Positions 27,902-36,743 of a stretch of DNA of 64,000 bases are shown here, piece after piece. A model generated the notes under the pieces. It was not told where the DNA came from. It did not search any database and saw only the letters and a list, made by a program, of their open reading frames with translations. Location of the stretch: the IMG/VR virus record IMGVR_UViG_3300033066_000778, positions 1 through 64,000 of that record; one strand, written 5' to 3'. This stretch comes from a virus (Duplodnaviria > Caudoviricetes). The translations under genes were made by a program, and so were the position numbers. Numbering within the stretch: the stretch's first letter is position 1; every line of letters begins with the position of its first letter.

Positions 27902-30291
27902 TATTGTTCTTCTTTAAATACGGAAGGTAGATAATCAAACAAATAGAGTTGGTGAAAGGCGTCGGCAACAGTTACGGCTTTCGATTGAACAGAGATCAAT
28001 CTTGGCTTTTGTACAAGTATTGTCCCTGGATCCGTACTGGAGCATTCACCTTCTGATCTGATTACAAGTGAAAAGTCCTTTTCTCCTGTAAGTCCTTTCG
28101 CGTCAATAACCTTTATCGTAACGGGCCATGTACCATATTCAGTTGGGATACCATGTAGTTCGCCTGTCATCTGGTCTAGTAATAAGCCTTCAGGAAGGCC
28201 GTATTCAGAAACAACGAACCAGTAATACGGTGGTGCTCCACCAGTTACGAGTATAAATTGCTGGTAAGCGTAGTTCTGGCAACCAATCTTTAGATCAGGA
28301 TTAAGGATTACTGGTATCCCTACGACGTTTAAATAGAACGTTAGAGTATCTGCACACTTATTTCCATCAAAGGCCGTAATTGACTGAGCGTATAAGCCTT
28401 CTTTGGTTGGTGTACCATATAACGTTCCAGTTATACTATTGAAGAATAATCCATCTGGAACGTCTGAAAGTTCCCATGTTAATGGTAGCGTTCCACCTAC
28501 AGCAGAGAATGTGTATTCGAACGGCTGTCCTACTCCTACGAAGGAGAAGTTTGGTGCTTGAACTACTGGAGAATCAAATACTACTATCGTACAACCGTAG
28601 AGGTAAACGATACCCATTCCAAACGTTCTTGTTGCTGTTATTTCAAAGTAGTACGTTCCTGGTTCGGTCGGAATGCCACTGATAACACCACTTGAATTTA
28701 GTGTAAGGCCAATTGGCAGACTTCCAGTAACGAGTTCATAAAGGAATTCAGGATCCCCTGGAGCTATGATTCGTTCAAAAACGTATTCAAATCTACTATT
28801 TTTACAGACGGAACCTAGATCAGTTGCTATCGCAGAACTATTTGCTACAAGAAATGTAAGTGTTTTAAGACCAATTCTGTCTAAAGAGTCTTGGGCAATT
28901 ACGTCTACAAGGTAAGTTCCATTCGAGGCAATTGATCCAGTAATGATTCCCGTATTCTCGTCAATGAGTAATCCAGCAGGAGGTGGATTATTGATACCGA
29001 ACGACCAGCGGTATGGAGCGTCACCACCTGTTGCGGTGCATACAATAGTATAAGGGGTGTCAGGAACTACAGCGGGTGGAGTTGAAGGCAAACAAGCTAT
29101 GTCAATACCGGCAGTTATGTAGAGTACTGTATCCCATCGGTCGTAGCAACCTGTCCCGTCAGTACTTGCAAGGATAGAGATAGGGAATATGTTAGAAAAT
29201 ACCGTTGTTCCTGAAAACAATCCTGTTGAACTTACGGTAATTCCCGTTGGTAGTAGCCCAATACCATTAATTTCATCTACAGTATATGAGTAAGCAAATG
29301 TGTTTGTGTTTGTGATTGCTAGCTGAAATGAATATGGTGTATTTATTTGTCCTACGGCCAATGGCGTAGCCGTATCTAAAACAGGTCTATTACTCCACGG
29401 TATTTCTCTAGAATAGTCATACGTAGATGGTGTAAGGGCTGAGTCTGTAACTCTTACTGTTAAATTAAAGGACTGAAAGTCTGGAGGGGCATCAAAGTCT
29501 GGGAACGTTAGGTAGATTAAATTTCCATCGAAATAGCCACCGTCTGGAAGTGGATCACTGCCGGGGGCTAGCGCATAAGAGTAAGGTGGTGTGCCTCCCC
29601 AAGTGTAATCAGCCGCTGTCGTTGATACAACGCCTATGTTAGCACAGAATGCTCCGACAGCCCCGCCTTTAGCATATACGTTTGGATCACCAATGGAGGC
29701 AATTGCAGCTATCCATGGTGTTATATAGTGAGTAGAGCCGTTTGCATCTGTAACACGAACTGTTGATTGGTATGCTTCTACGGCATCAGGTGTTACTGTT
29801 AGTAGCCCCGTATTATCTACACTGACGTAAGCTGGTGACCAGTCTAATGACCATGTGATTGGCAGGACTCCACCAACGCAAACAAATTGAACAGTATCTG
29901 TGTTACCAACTACGAAAGGTGCTAAGTAAGAATCCCCAAGATCTCCCCAATAAGTTAAAGTACCCCCAACATCAATAAAAATGTTTGGTGATGTTAAAAC
30001 ATTGAGAGTAAAGGTCTTTGTTATTGTCTCTGGTGAGACTGGATGAGAGTCAGTAACTCTAACTGTAATTGAGTGAGATCCGACATAGTCTACAACGTCA
30101 GGTGTATTCCCAGCTGTTACGTTACATGTAAGAAGACCCGTTCCGCTATTAAGCGTAAACATACTATCTGGATCATCCTCGATAGTCCAGACGTATGGTT
30201 CATAACCATCTATTGCTACTAGTTGCTCTTGAAAAACATCCCAGATGTATGAATCTGAGAATGTCGTTCCATTAGTTATGCTTAAGGCCAT
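27901..30291 (-). CDS. Putative Ig (He_PIG-like) repeat virion protein
   Basis: Repeated GG.PPY.W..LP.GL.L...G.I.GTPT..G.Y. Confidence 0.8.
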   Translation of the reverse strand: MALSITNGTTFSDSYIWDVFQEQLVAIDGYEPYVWTIEDDPDSMFTLNSGTGLLTCNVTAGNTPDVVDYVGSHSITVRVTDSHPVSPETITKTFTLNVLTSPNIFIDVGGTLTYWGDLGDSYLAPFVVGNTDTVQFVCVGGVLPITWSLDWSPAYVSVDNTGLLTVTPDAVEAYQSTVRVTDANGSTHYITPWIAAIASIGDPNVYAKGGAVGAFCANIGVVSTTAADYTWGGTPPYSYALAPGSDPLPDGGYFDGNLIYLTFPDFDAPPDFQSFNLTVRVTDSALTPSTYDYSREIPWSNRPVLDTATPLAVGQINTPYSFQLAITNTNTFAYSYTVDEINGIGLLPTGITVSSTGLFSGTTVFSNIFPISILASTDGTGCYDRWDTVLYITAGIDIACLPSTPPAVVPDTPYTIVCTATGGDAPYRWSFGINNPPPAGLLIDENTGIITGSIASNGTYLVDVIAQDSLDRIGLKTLTFLVANSSAIATDLGSVCKNSRFEYVFERIIAPGDPEFLYELVTGSLPIGLTLNSSGVISGIPTEPGTYYFEITATRTFGMGIVYLYGCTIVVFDSPVVQAPNFSFVGVGQPFEYTFSAVGGTLPLTWELSDVPDGLFFNSITGTLYGTPTKEGLYAQSITAFDGNKCADTLTFYLNVVGIPVILNPDLKIGCQNYAYQQFILVTGGAPPYYWFVVSEYGLPEGLLLDQMTGELHGIPTEYGTWPVTIKVIDAKGLTGEKDFSLVIRSEGECSSTDPGTILVQKPRLISVQSKAVTVADAFHQLYLFDYLPSVFKEEQ

Positions 30292-30294
30292 ATG

Positions 30295-32814
30295 TTACTT
30301 CTTAATCTCATAGACAAACGGTGTGGTGTTCCAAGCTCGTGCAGTTATCTGCATTCCTTTTCCAAAGAAATACGTTAATTGCGTTGTAGGATCGTACCAG
30401 CTCCATTTGAAGTATCCAGTCTTTTGATTGAACCAGAATCTAAACTGTCCTTGCTCATCCTTTCCTGGGTAAAGTTCAAGGATATCACCAAATAGTGTTT
30501 TTATTACTGAATCTCTAGCGTCAAGGATGTCAAGTGGATATGTTGACGAGAGTCTAAGTTGTTCACCGGAAGGGTTGTTATACACACTTTCTAAGTTTAT
30601 GTCTAGCGTAAGTACATCACCTTCTCGTGGAATACCTATGCTCGTAACAAACAACACTGTATTCTTGTTTAGAATATAATCTTGCTGAGGAATCTGTAAT
30701 TGTCCATTTTTAAAAACAGTTAAAGGAAGCCCAACATACTTTAGTGGATACGTAAATAGGATGTTTGCCCCGTCTGTTGGTCCGGAAAGGGGTAAAGTTA
30801 CGATTATATTGTTCTTGCTATACGCGATTTCGTAGTCTACTATAATTACGTCAGTACTTTTTGGAGGGGTAACGAACGTAATGATGTTAGACCCTACATT
30901 ATATTCAATGTTGTTAAATGGAATTACCCTGACTCCGTTTTTGTATACTTGAACTGAGTTTGGTTTAGGAATGAAGGGCAACGTAAAGTACTGATTAACG
31001 TTGTTCTTTTCCCCATGAGGAAGTTCATTCAAGATGAAATCTGTAGTGTTATAGTTTACGATGATATTTACCGTATCATTAGGGAGTATAATCTTCGTAA
31101 ACTCAATTACATTTTTAGCAACGAGTTTGTAGTCGTACTCGGTATCTCCAACACGGAATTCTTTGAGACGTAATCCATTCTTGAATACTTTTAATGTATA
31201 GTTGTTTTCATTCGGATTTTCAATAACGAACGAAAACTGGTAATCGTTGATCTTCGTCATGTTTTCAAGTGTAAGACGATTATCAACGAACTTCGTATTG
31301 AAAATACTGGCTGTAATGCAGTTTTCTCTAAACTGCTGTGTACTGTTTAAGTACGTAATGATCTGATCTAGGGCTAGAATCTTACTATATTGATAAACGA
31401 AAAGCTTATCCGTAGCTTCAGGAACAGCCCATGGATTAAAGACTATTTTATTCTCTGTAGCACTAAAGACGTAGTCATTTACGTCAGTGTCACTAGTATC
31501 CCTATGTTGAAGAAGTCCGTTTTTATACACTTGCGGTATACTGACGTTTGAATATATAGGAGAAATAAAGAATGTATCAGTACCTCCAGGTGGAGGGCTT
31601 AGGTTAGGCGTAAAGACTGCTCTTTTAGTCTCATACTTTTGGTAGTCAATGAAGAGCGTGTCTACTTCTTGTGGAACGTTCTTTCCAACTAAATGTAATT
31701 CTGCTTCAAGAATAAAGTAGTCTGAGGCATCTTTTGGGTTCAGATGCAAACCATTTAGATATACTTCGATAGTCTGTACATCTGCTTCATCTGGTAGAGT
31801 AAAGATAGTATTTACACCATCTTTAATCCCCCCAGGTGGGTATTCTAGTACGGTGTCTTCGGCAGCATAGACATAAACGAGTATGAGTTTATCTGTCTTT
31901 TTAGGGGCTACACTGAACGTAGCTATTCCAACACGAGTTAAAGGGTCTAACGTGTAGGTATAATCTAAGTTTTGTATTTGTCTTACACCATTTTTGTATA
32001 TCTTAAACTTGATATTAGCCAATGGTAGTTTGAATGAGAAGTTTTTGTTTAGTCCATTTCGCTGTCCGAGTAGAAGCGTAAAATCAGCGTAAGGAATGTT
32101 TGTGAATGGAACGTCAACACGGTTATTATCTAAAAGAAAAGATAAAACCTTACCTTCAAGATCTTCATTGTTGATAGGAAACTTAGCACTGTAGCCTCTA
32201 AGTTCATTCCTAAAGACTTCTCCAAGAACAGTACCATTAGAGCCAACATGTACGTTATTTAGATAAACGAAAACTCTTGTATTACAGTCAAAGTTAGGTA
32301 GTCCAGTTCCATTATTGATGTAGTAGGAGAGGTTTCCTATTACGTGGTTTTCTCCCTCGTAAGGAGGACGCATCAAACCATTCTCGGCAATGACGCAAAG
32401 GTTGGTTGGGGTGGGAGTTGAACCGATCGCGTATGGAATAGAACGGTCAGATATAGTCTTGTAAGGTGCTTTGGCCCTTAGTGTGATCGTTTGACCGTAA
32501 TTTGACATCGAGAATACGTCAAAAAAGAATGCCGTTGTCTCCCAATTACCGTTGGTATCACTTAAGATCGTGTTTTCTTTTATCTTAATCGTCCCATCCT
32601 TATTTATCTCAGGTGGGTTGATAAGGAAACCATTAAGATATAAGTAGATATATGCATTTACCTCTGGAAGAATACGGCCATTTACGTCAACAGTACCTAC
32701 CCAACCACGCAAGAAGTTAACTCCAGGCGTGATCTCCTCAACGTAAGGAGTTGGCGTAGCTGTTTTTGTCTGGCTAGCTCGTTTAGTATCGGATAAGTAT
32801 GTCTGTATTTTCAT
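30295..32814 (-). CDS. Repeat-containing baseplate/fibre protein
   Basis: About six VYKNG..Q..DY..I.F..P..D repeats. Confidence 0.65.
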   Translation of the reverse strand: MKIQTYLSDTKRASQTKTATPTPYVEEITPGVNFLRGWVGTVDVNGRILPEVNAYIYLYLNGFLINPPEINKDGTIKIKENTILSDTNGNWETTAFFFDVFSMSNYGQTITLRAKAPYKTISDRSIPYAIGSTPTPTNLCVIAENGLMRPPYEGENHVIGNLSYYINNGTGLPNFDCNTRVFVYLNNVHVGSNGTVLGEVFRNELRGYSAKFPINNEDLEGKVLSFLLDNNRVDVPFTNIPYADFTLLLGQRNGLNKNFSFKLPLANIKFKIYKNGVRQIQNLDYTYTLDPLTRVGIATFSVAPKKTDKLILVYVYAAEDTVLEYPPGGIKDGVNTIFTLPDEADVQTIEVYLNGLHLNPKDASDYFILEAELHLVGKNVPQEVDTLFIDYQKYETKRAVFTPNLSPPPGGTDTFFISPIYSNVSIPQVYKNGLLQHRDTSDTDVNDYVFSATENKIVFNPWAVPEATDKLFVYQYSKILALDQIITYLNSTQQFRENCITASIFNTKFVDNRLTLENMTKINDYQFSFVIENPNENNYTLKVFKNGLRLKEFRVGDTEYDYKLVAKNVIEFTKIILPNDTVNIIVNYNTTDFILNELPHGEKNNVNQYFTLPFIPKPNSVQVYKNGVRVIPFNNIEYNVGSNIITFVTPPKSTDVIIVDYEIAYSKNNIIVTLPLSGPTDGANILFTYPLKYVGLPLTVFKNGQLQIPQQDYILNKNTVLFVTSIGIPREGDVLTLDINLESVYNNPSGEQLRLSSTYPLDILDARDSVIKTLFGDILELYPGKDEQGQFRFWFNQKTGYFKWSWYDPTTQLTYFFGKGMQITARAWNTTPFVYEIKK

Positions 32815-32815
32815 A

Positions 32816-34618
32816 TTAGACTGGGCTGTAAGTCGTTAGGTCCGTTTCTGGGTTTGGGTGCCCGTAGTATCCACCAGAAGGATAGGGCTCGTCTGTAATA
32901 GGTTCGTAGGTAATGTTTATATGATTTATGTTTGTACCAGGATAGTAGGTATACCCGTTTGTATAAATGTCTAACTGTCCATCCGGATTGATTACTTGAA
33001 TGTCATTTACACCGACAAAGTACGATGAGGGCATCGCAAGCTGTAAGTATGGTGGAACGACATTAGTTGGTTCAGATACCGTTGGGATCGTAGAAACGTC
33101 ACCAAAAGTTGGAATCTTCCATTTCTCTAGGATGATATCCATAGGAGGATTAGGAGCTTCATCAACTCCGATGCCTTCCGGTGTCGTGTATAGTCTGCTT
33201 ATTCTCGCCCAAGCAACACCAGGAACCGAGTTTATAAGAGAGGAAATAGCAGAGAGTCGAATGTCCTGTCCAAATGATACGTTATCGAAAGAGTAAAAGT
33301 CTAGAATACTAGTACGGATTAAGTCGATAACGATGTTTGGATCATACTGATTAACATCAATTCCAATGTGTATGGTAACGAAAATGTCTACCAATACAGG
33401 ATCAACGAAAACTAATCTTGTAGTTACAGGCATTTTTTCTGCAACTGTTTTTCTTACAATGTTATCTCGTAGTGTTCTATAACTGGCTCTAGATGCTGGG
33501 TTATAGAACATATCGCTGAATTCTTTTGAGAAGAAAGTTAGTCTTACTTTGTTAAGCAGTCTGTAGTCAGGGACAGCTTCTTCGTCTTCTCCCCATGCAG
33601 CAGCTTTTGTGACGTTTGGAATACCCTCAACAATAGAGGTATAATCTGTTTTTGATAAGGCCCTTCCTAGTCCAAAAAGATTACCGATCGCCTTTTTCTT
33701 AGCCTTATCAATACTCTCCTGGTCGTCACCACCGGCTGTAGCTTGACTGTTTACAACAAGTAATTCTACTTTGTTTCCTACAGAATCGGCAACGAGAGGA
33801 GCGCCAGATACAACTTTGTTAATAGCGTTCTTACCGACATTTCCATCAAGTCCTTTCGTCTGGATGTAGTTTATCGTAATGGTAGCGTTGTAAGGAGGAA
33901 TAGCTCCAAATTGCCCATCACTGAATGAGATGTACACCCTGGAGAACTCATCTACTTCTGTCGTAAAGTGTTTGGAATCTTCTTTAGACTTATAGAAGGA
34001 CTCGACGAGTTCCCATTCTTTAGCTTCTTCATTATCCGTTAGATCGTTGTCAATGAAGACCTGAACGGATGATTTATCAATGTTCGCTAACGTAAGAACA
34101 AACTTCTGGTTTGGTGTTCCGTCAGAAGTAAATACATCAATACTCTGTGTTCCTTGAATAACTTGGATCGTCTTAGTATCACTTGGTCCCGCTAGTGTAG
34201 TCGCACCGAGGGCCGTATACGTAATACTCTGCGTATCTTTTTGAGCGGAAAACTGTGTACCTTTAGAAACGTAAACAGGGTAAATAGGGCTTTCGTTTGG
34301 AGAAACCCTTACCGTAACAGTGCCCGTCGCCGCTGAAACGCTATTTACCTTATACCCAATTAGCTTAAGTAATGAGATAACGTTTTTTCGTTGTTTGGCT
34401 CTTTCGATATCGAGTTCATTACACTGCATATCCAAGTAGAACATTAGGTTGTCTACCATGGACATAAACGTTTCCAAAAGAACGATACCAGGATCAGAAT
34501 CATTAAGATCTGTCCACTGTCCCTTAGAAACAATCGGAATTTGTTTAATCAGTTCATCTCGTAAGGACACGTAGTCTTTAGAGAGGTAACTGGATTTGGT
34601 TGCTACAGGTACTGCCAT
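32816..34618 (-). CDS. Baseplate wedge protein (T4 gp6/baseplate J-like)
   Basis: KDY..LR..WTD.N.SDPG..LLE, FSDGQFG.IP, GLDGNV, GGDDQES, DY. Confidence 0.9.
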   Translation of the reverse strand: MAVPVATKSSYLSKDYVSLRDELIKQIPIVSKGQWTDLNDSDPGIVLLETFMSMVDNLMFYLDMQCNELDIERAKQRKNVISLLKLIGYKVNSVSAATGTVTVRVSPNESPIYPVYVSKGTQFSAQKDTQSITYTALGATTLAGPSDTKTIQVIQGTQSIDVFTSDGTPNQKFVLTLANIDKSSVQVFIDNDLTDNEEAKEWELVESFYKSKEDSKHFTTEVDEFSRVYISFSDGQFGAIPPYNATITINYIQTKGLDGNVGKNAINKVVSGAPLVADSVGNKVELLVVNSQATAGGDDQESIDKAKKKAIGNLFGLGRALSKTDYTSIVEGIPNVTKAAAWGEDEEAVPDYRLLNKVRLTFFSKEFSDMFYNPASRASYRTLRDNIVRKTVAEKMPVTTRLVFVDPVLVDIFVTIHIGIDVNQYDPNIVIDLIRTSILDFYSFDNVSFGQDIRLSAISSLINSVPGVAWARISRLYTTPEGIGVDEAPNPPMDIILEKWKIPTFGDVSTIPTVSEPTNVVPPYLQLAMPSSYFVGVNDIQVINPDGQLDIYTNGYTYYPGTNINHINITYEPITDEPYPSGGYYGHPNPETDLTTYSPV

Positions 34619-34619
34619 A

Positions 34620-35069
34620 TTAAATTCCTGCTAGGTACTGTTTTCCCTTGATTACTTCACTAAAAGGTCTTCCTGCTCTCATAAAAGGAAATACATAAGA
34701 CCCTGGGGTATTCGTCGCTTTTATTATGTATTCAACAGTAATATCAATCTGATGATCGCTTGGATCCTCAAATTTGAGGTTTGTTACTGTAATACGGCGT
34801 TCCCACCTGTCGATTGCTTCAAGTAGCGTATAGGCTAATAGACTTTTAAGAATAGCGTCGTTAGGCTCAAAAATACCGGCTAAGAGATCGCAGCCATACT
34901 CATTACTATTGTAGCGTTCACCCTTTCTTGTATTGATAAGGATGTGTAAAGCTTCGTTAATCCGGTCTTTACCAGTCGATGTTTCTAGGAACTTATTTTT
35001 CTTTGCGGAGGAGAAAGTAACAGGGTATTTAATTCCTGTTCCAATAACCTTGTTTAACTGGTAGTCCAT
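34620..35069 (-). CDS. Baseplate wedge gp25/GPW-like protein
   Basis: TRKGER..YGC.L...FEP..AI.RWE.RI. Confidence 0.9.
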   Translation of the reverse strand: MDYQLNKVIGTGIKYPVTFSSAKKNKFLETSTGKDRINEALHILINTRKGERYNSNEYGCDLLAGIFEPNDAILKSLLAYTLLEAIDRWERRITVTNLKFEDPSDHQIDITVEYIIKATNTPGSYVFPFMRAGRPFSEVIKGKQYLAGI

Positions 35070-35078
35070 TCTGTCTCC

Positions 35079-36158
35079 TTAAGAAAAAACGTACATCCGT
35101 GGGTTATTTCCTGTTGTAACGTAAATGTACGTAGAGCCTGCTTCTTCAAATCCACACCAGTTTATGAAGTTACAATCAGAATGAGATACCGTTACAACAT
35201 TAGATGCAGCTGTGTTTTCTGTAGTATCCACAGTGATATTTACAAAGCCGTAAGAAAGTGCAGTATCACGAAGGAACCATGCTCTTGGGTTAGAGCCAGA
35301 CATATAGGAGAACGCTGTTCCTAATGGTGCTGTACCGGATCCAAAGAAAGATTCTGGAGGAGAAACTTGGTATGTATGGTCTATTGTTCCATTATCGAGA
35401 ATTTCGGCTACAACAATATCTACTGGTGCTAGCGTTGTGGAGCTTAAAAGACTAACAAAGATCCAAACATGTCCTGCGTCGAATGGATCGGCAACCATCG
35501 TAAAGTCGTTTATGACATAATCTGTTGGCGTAGCGATTCCAAAGTCCGTTAGGGTTAAGACACGTTGAGTAAAGTTCTCAGTGATATCAGGAGAGCCATA
35601 CGCCCCAGATGCGTCTAGGAGAATAAGCGTTCTTACGGTATCATTTGTAAGGACGTATTTTCCATCAGACATTAACCTTGACGGAGTATTAGGTAACTCC
35701 GGTACGGTTATTTGATAAGAGGCTAGTGTACCATTTATATCCGGTGGAGGTATAGCATTACCATTACCCGCTGTTAAACTTGAATCGGATATATCAGCTG
35801 CGTAGAAGAAGTTAAAGCCTCTTCCAAACGCAACGTATTTTCCATCTGGTCTTTTAAGAATAGTGACGTTTAGTGGCCTTGGAAGATTCGAAATCGTATC
35901 TCTAACTTCAAAAATACTTCCTGAGTCAGTAAGGACTACTGTACCTGATGTCGAGTCATTCCATCCAACAATCATTCTGGTACAGTCTTTAGAAAGGTAG
36001 ATTGCCCCAACGGTACTTTGACCATCACCGTGAACGGTAAATGGACCTCCCCCGCCTTGGGTTACCATATTATGATGACCCGCTACAGAAGGAGATCCTG
36101 GTGTATTTAGATTTACGACTGAGTAGCCGTAGCACTGTGATACTACAAACTTATGCAC
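35079..36158 (-). CDS. Beta-rich virion protein (possible propeller/receptor-binding)
   Basis: 359 aa, beta-strand-rich, within the baseplate cluster. Confidence 0.5.
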   Translation of the reverse strand: MHKFVVSQCYGYSVVNLNTPGSPSVAGHHNMVTQGGGGPFTVHGDGQSTVGAIYLSKDCTRMIVGWNDSTSGTVVLTDSGSIFEVRDTISNLPRPLNVTILKRPDGKYVAFGRGFNFFYAADISDSSLTAGNGNAIPPPDINGTLASYQITVPELPNTPSRLMSDGKYVLTNDTVRTLILLDASGAYGSPDITENFTQRVLTLTDFGIATPTDYVINDFTMVADPFDAGHVWIFVSLLSSTTLAPVDIVVAEILDNGTIDHTYQVSPPESFFGSGTAPLGTAFSYMSGSNPRAWFLRDTALSYGFVNITVDTTENTAASNVVTVSHSDCNFINWCGFEEAGSTYIYVTTGNNPRMYVFS

Positions 36159-36732
36159 CGCCGACGCCTCCTATTGTCCCACCATTAGCATAGCCATTAG
36201 CGAAAATTGGAGGAAGACCGGGTGAAAGGTTTATGTTAGTTCCTGTTACAAGGGAGCCTCCAATTCCACCGGGGGAACCTCCTCCACCACCAGGAATGAT
36301 TCCTCCACCGCCTCCACCGACTGGATCAGGAATGCCTGGAGCTAATGCACCCGGAAACTGTGCTCCAGCGATACGACCCATAGCCGCTGTATTTACGGAG
36401 TTCACAAAGTCAGAAGCTGAGGGAATACCCGGAGGAGGCGGAATGGCCGGTGGTTGAGGGATCGAAATTCCTTGCCCAACAGAAGCTATAGCTTTATTTA
36501 GGATTGCATCACTGAACCCTGTTATATTGGGCGCGTTAGCAATCATGTTCGTAAAACCACCAGGACCAGACGCTAGAGCAGACAAGCCCGAGGGTAAAGA
36601 AGGGAATCCAGGTACACTTTGAAGTAACGTGAGCAAATTCCCCATCAGTCCCATCATTGCTGCTTGGGAAGTTTCAAGTGTTTTTAGTCTGGCGGCTGTT
36701 ACTTGTGTTTGGACGTTAAGGGCATTTCCCAT
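36151..36732 (-). CDS. Gly/Pro-rich hypothetical virion protein
   Basis: 193-aa low-complexity protein following the beta-helix gene. Confidence 0.6.
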   Translation of the reverse strand: MGNALNVQTQVTAARLKTLETSQAAMMGLMGNLLTLLQSVPGFPSLPSGLSALASGPGGFTNMIANAPNITGFSDAILNKAIASVGQGISIPQPPAIPPPPGIPSASDFVNSVNTAAMGRIAGAQFPGALAPGIPDPVGGGGGGIIPGGGGGSPGGIGGSLVTGTNINLSPGLPPIFANGYANGGTIGGVGGA

Positions 36733-36743
36733 CGTTACTATCC

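Noticed and set aside
27895-27925. -1 frameshift fusing the Ig-repeat protein to the gpI-like core
   Set aside because: No in-phase X XXY YYZ heptamer, and the -1 frame has a TAA a few codons upstream; the ordinary TAATG coupling is sufficient.
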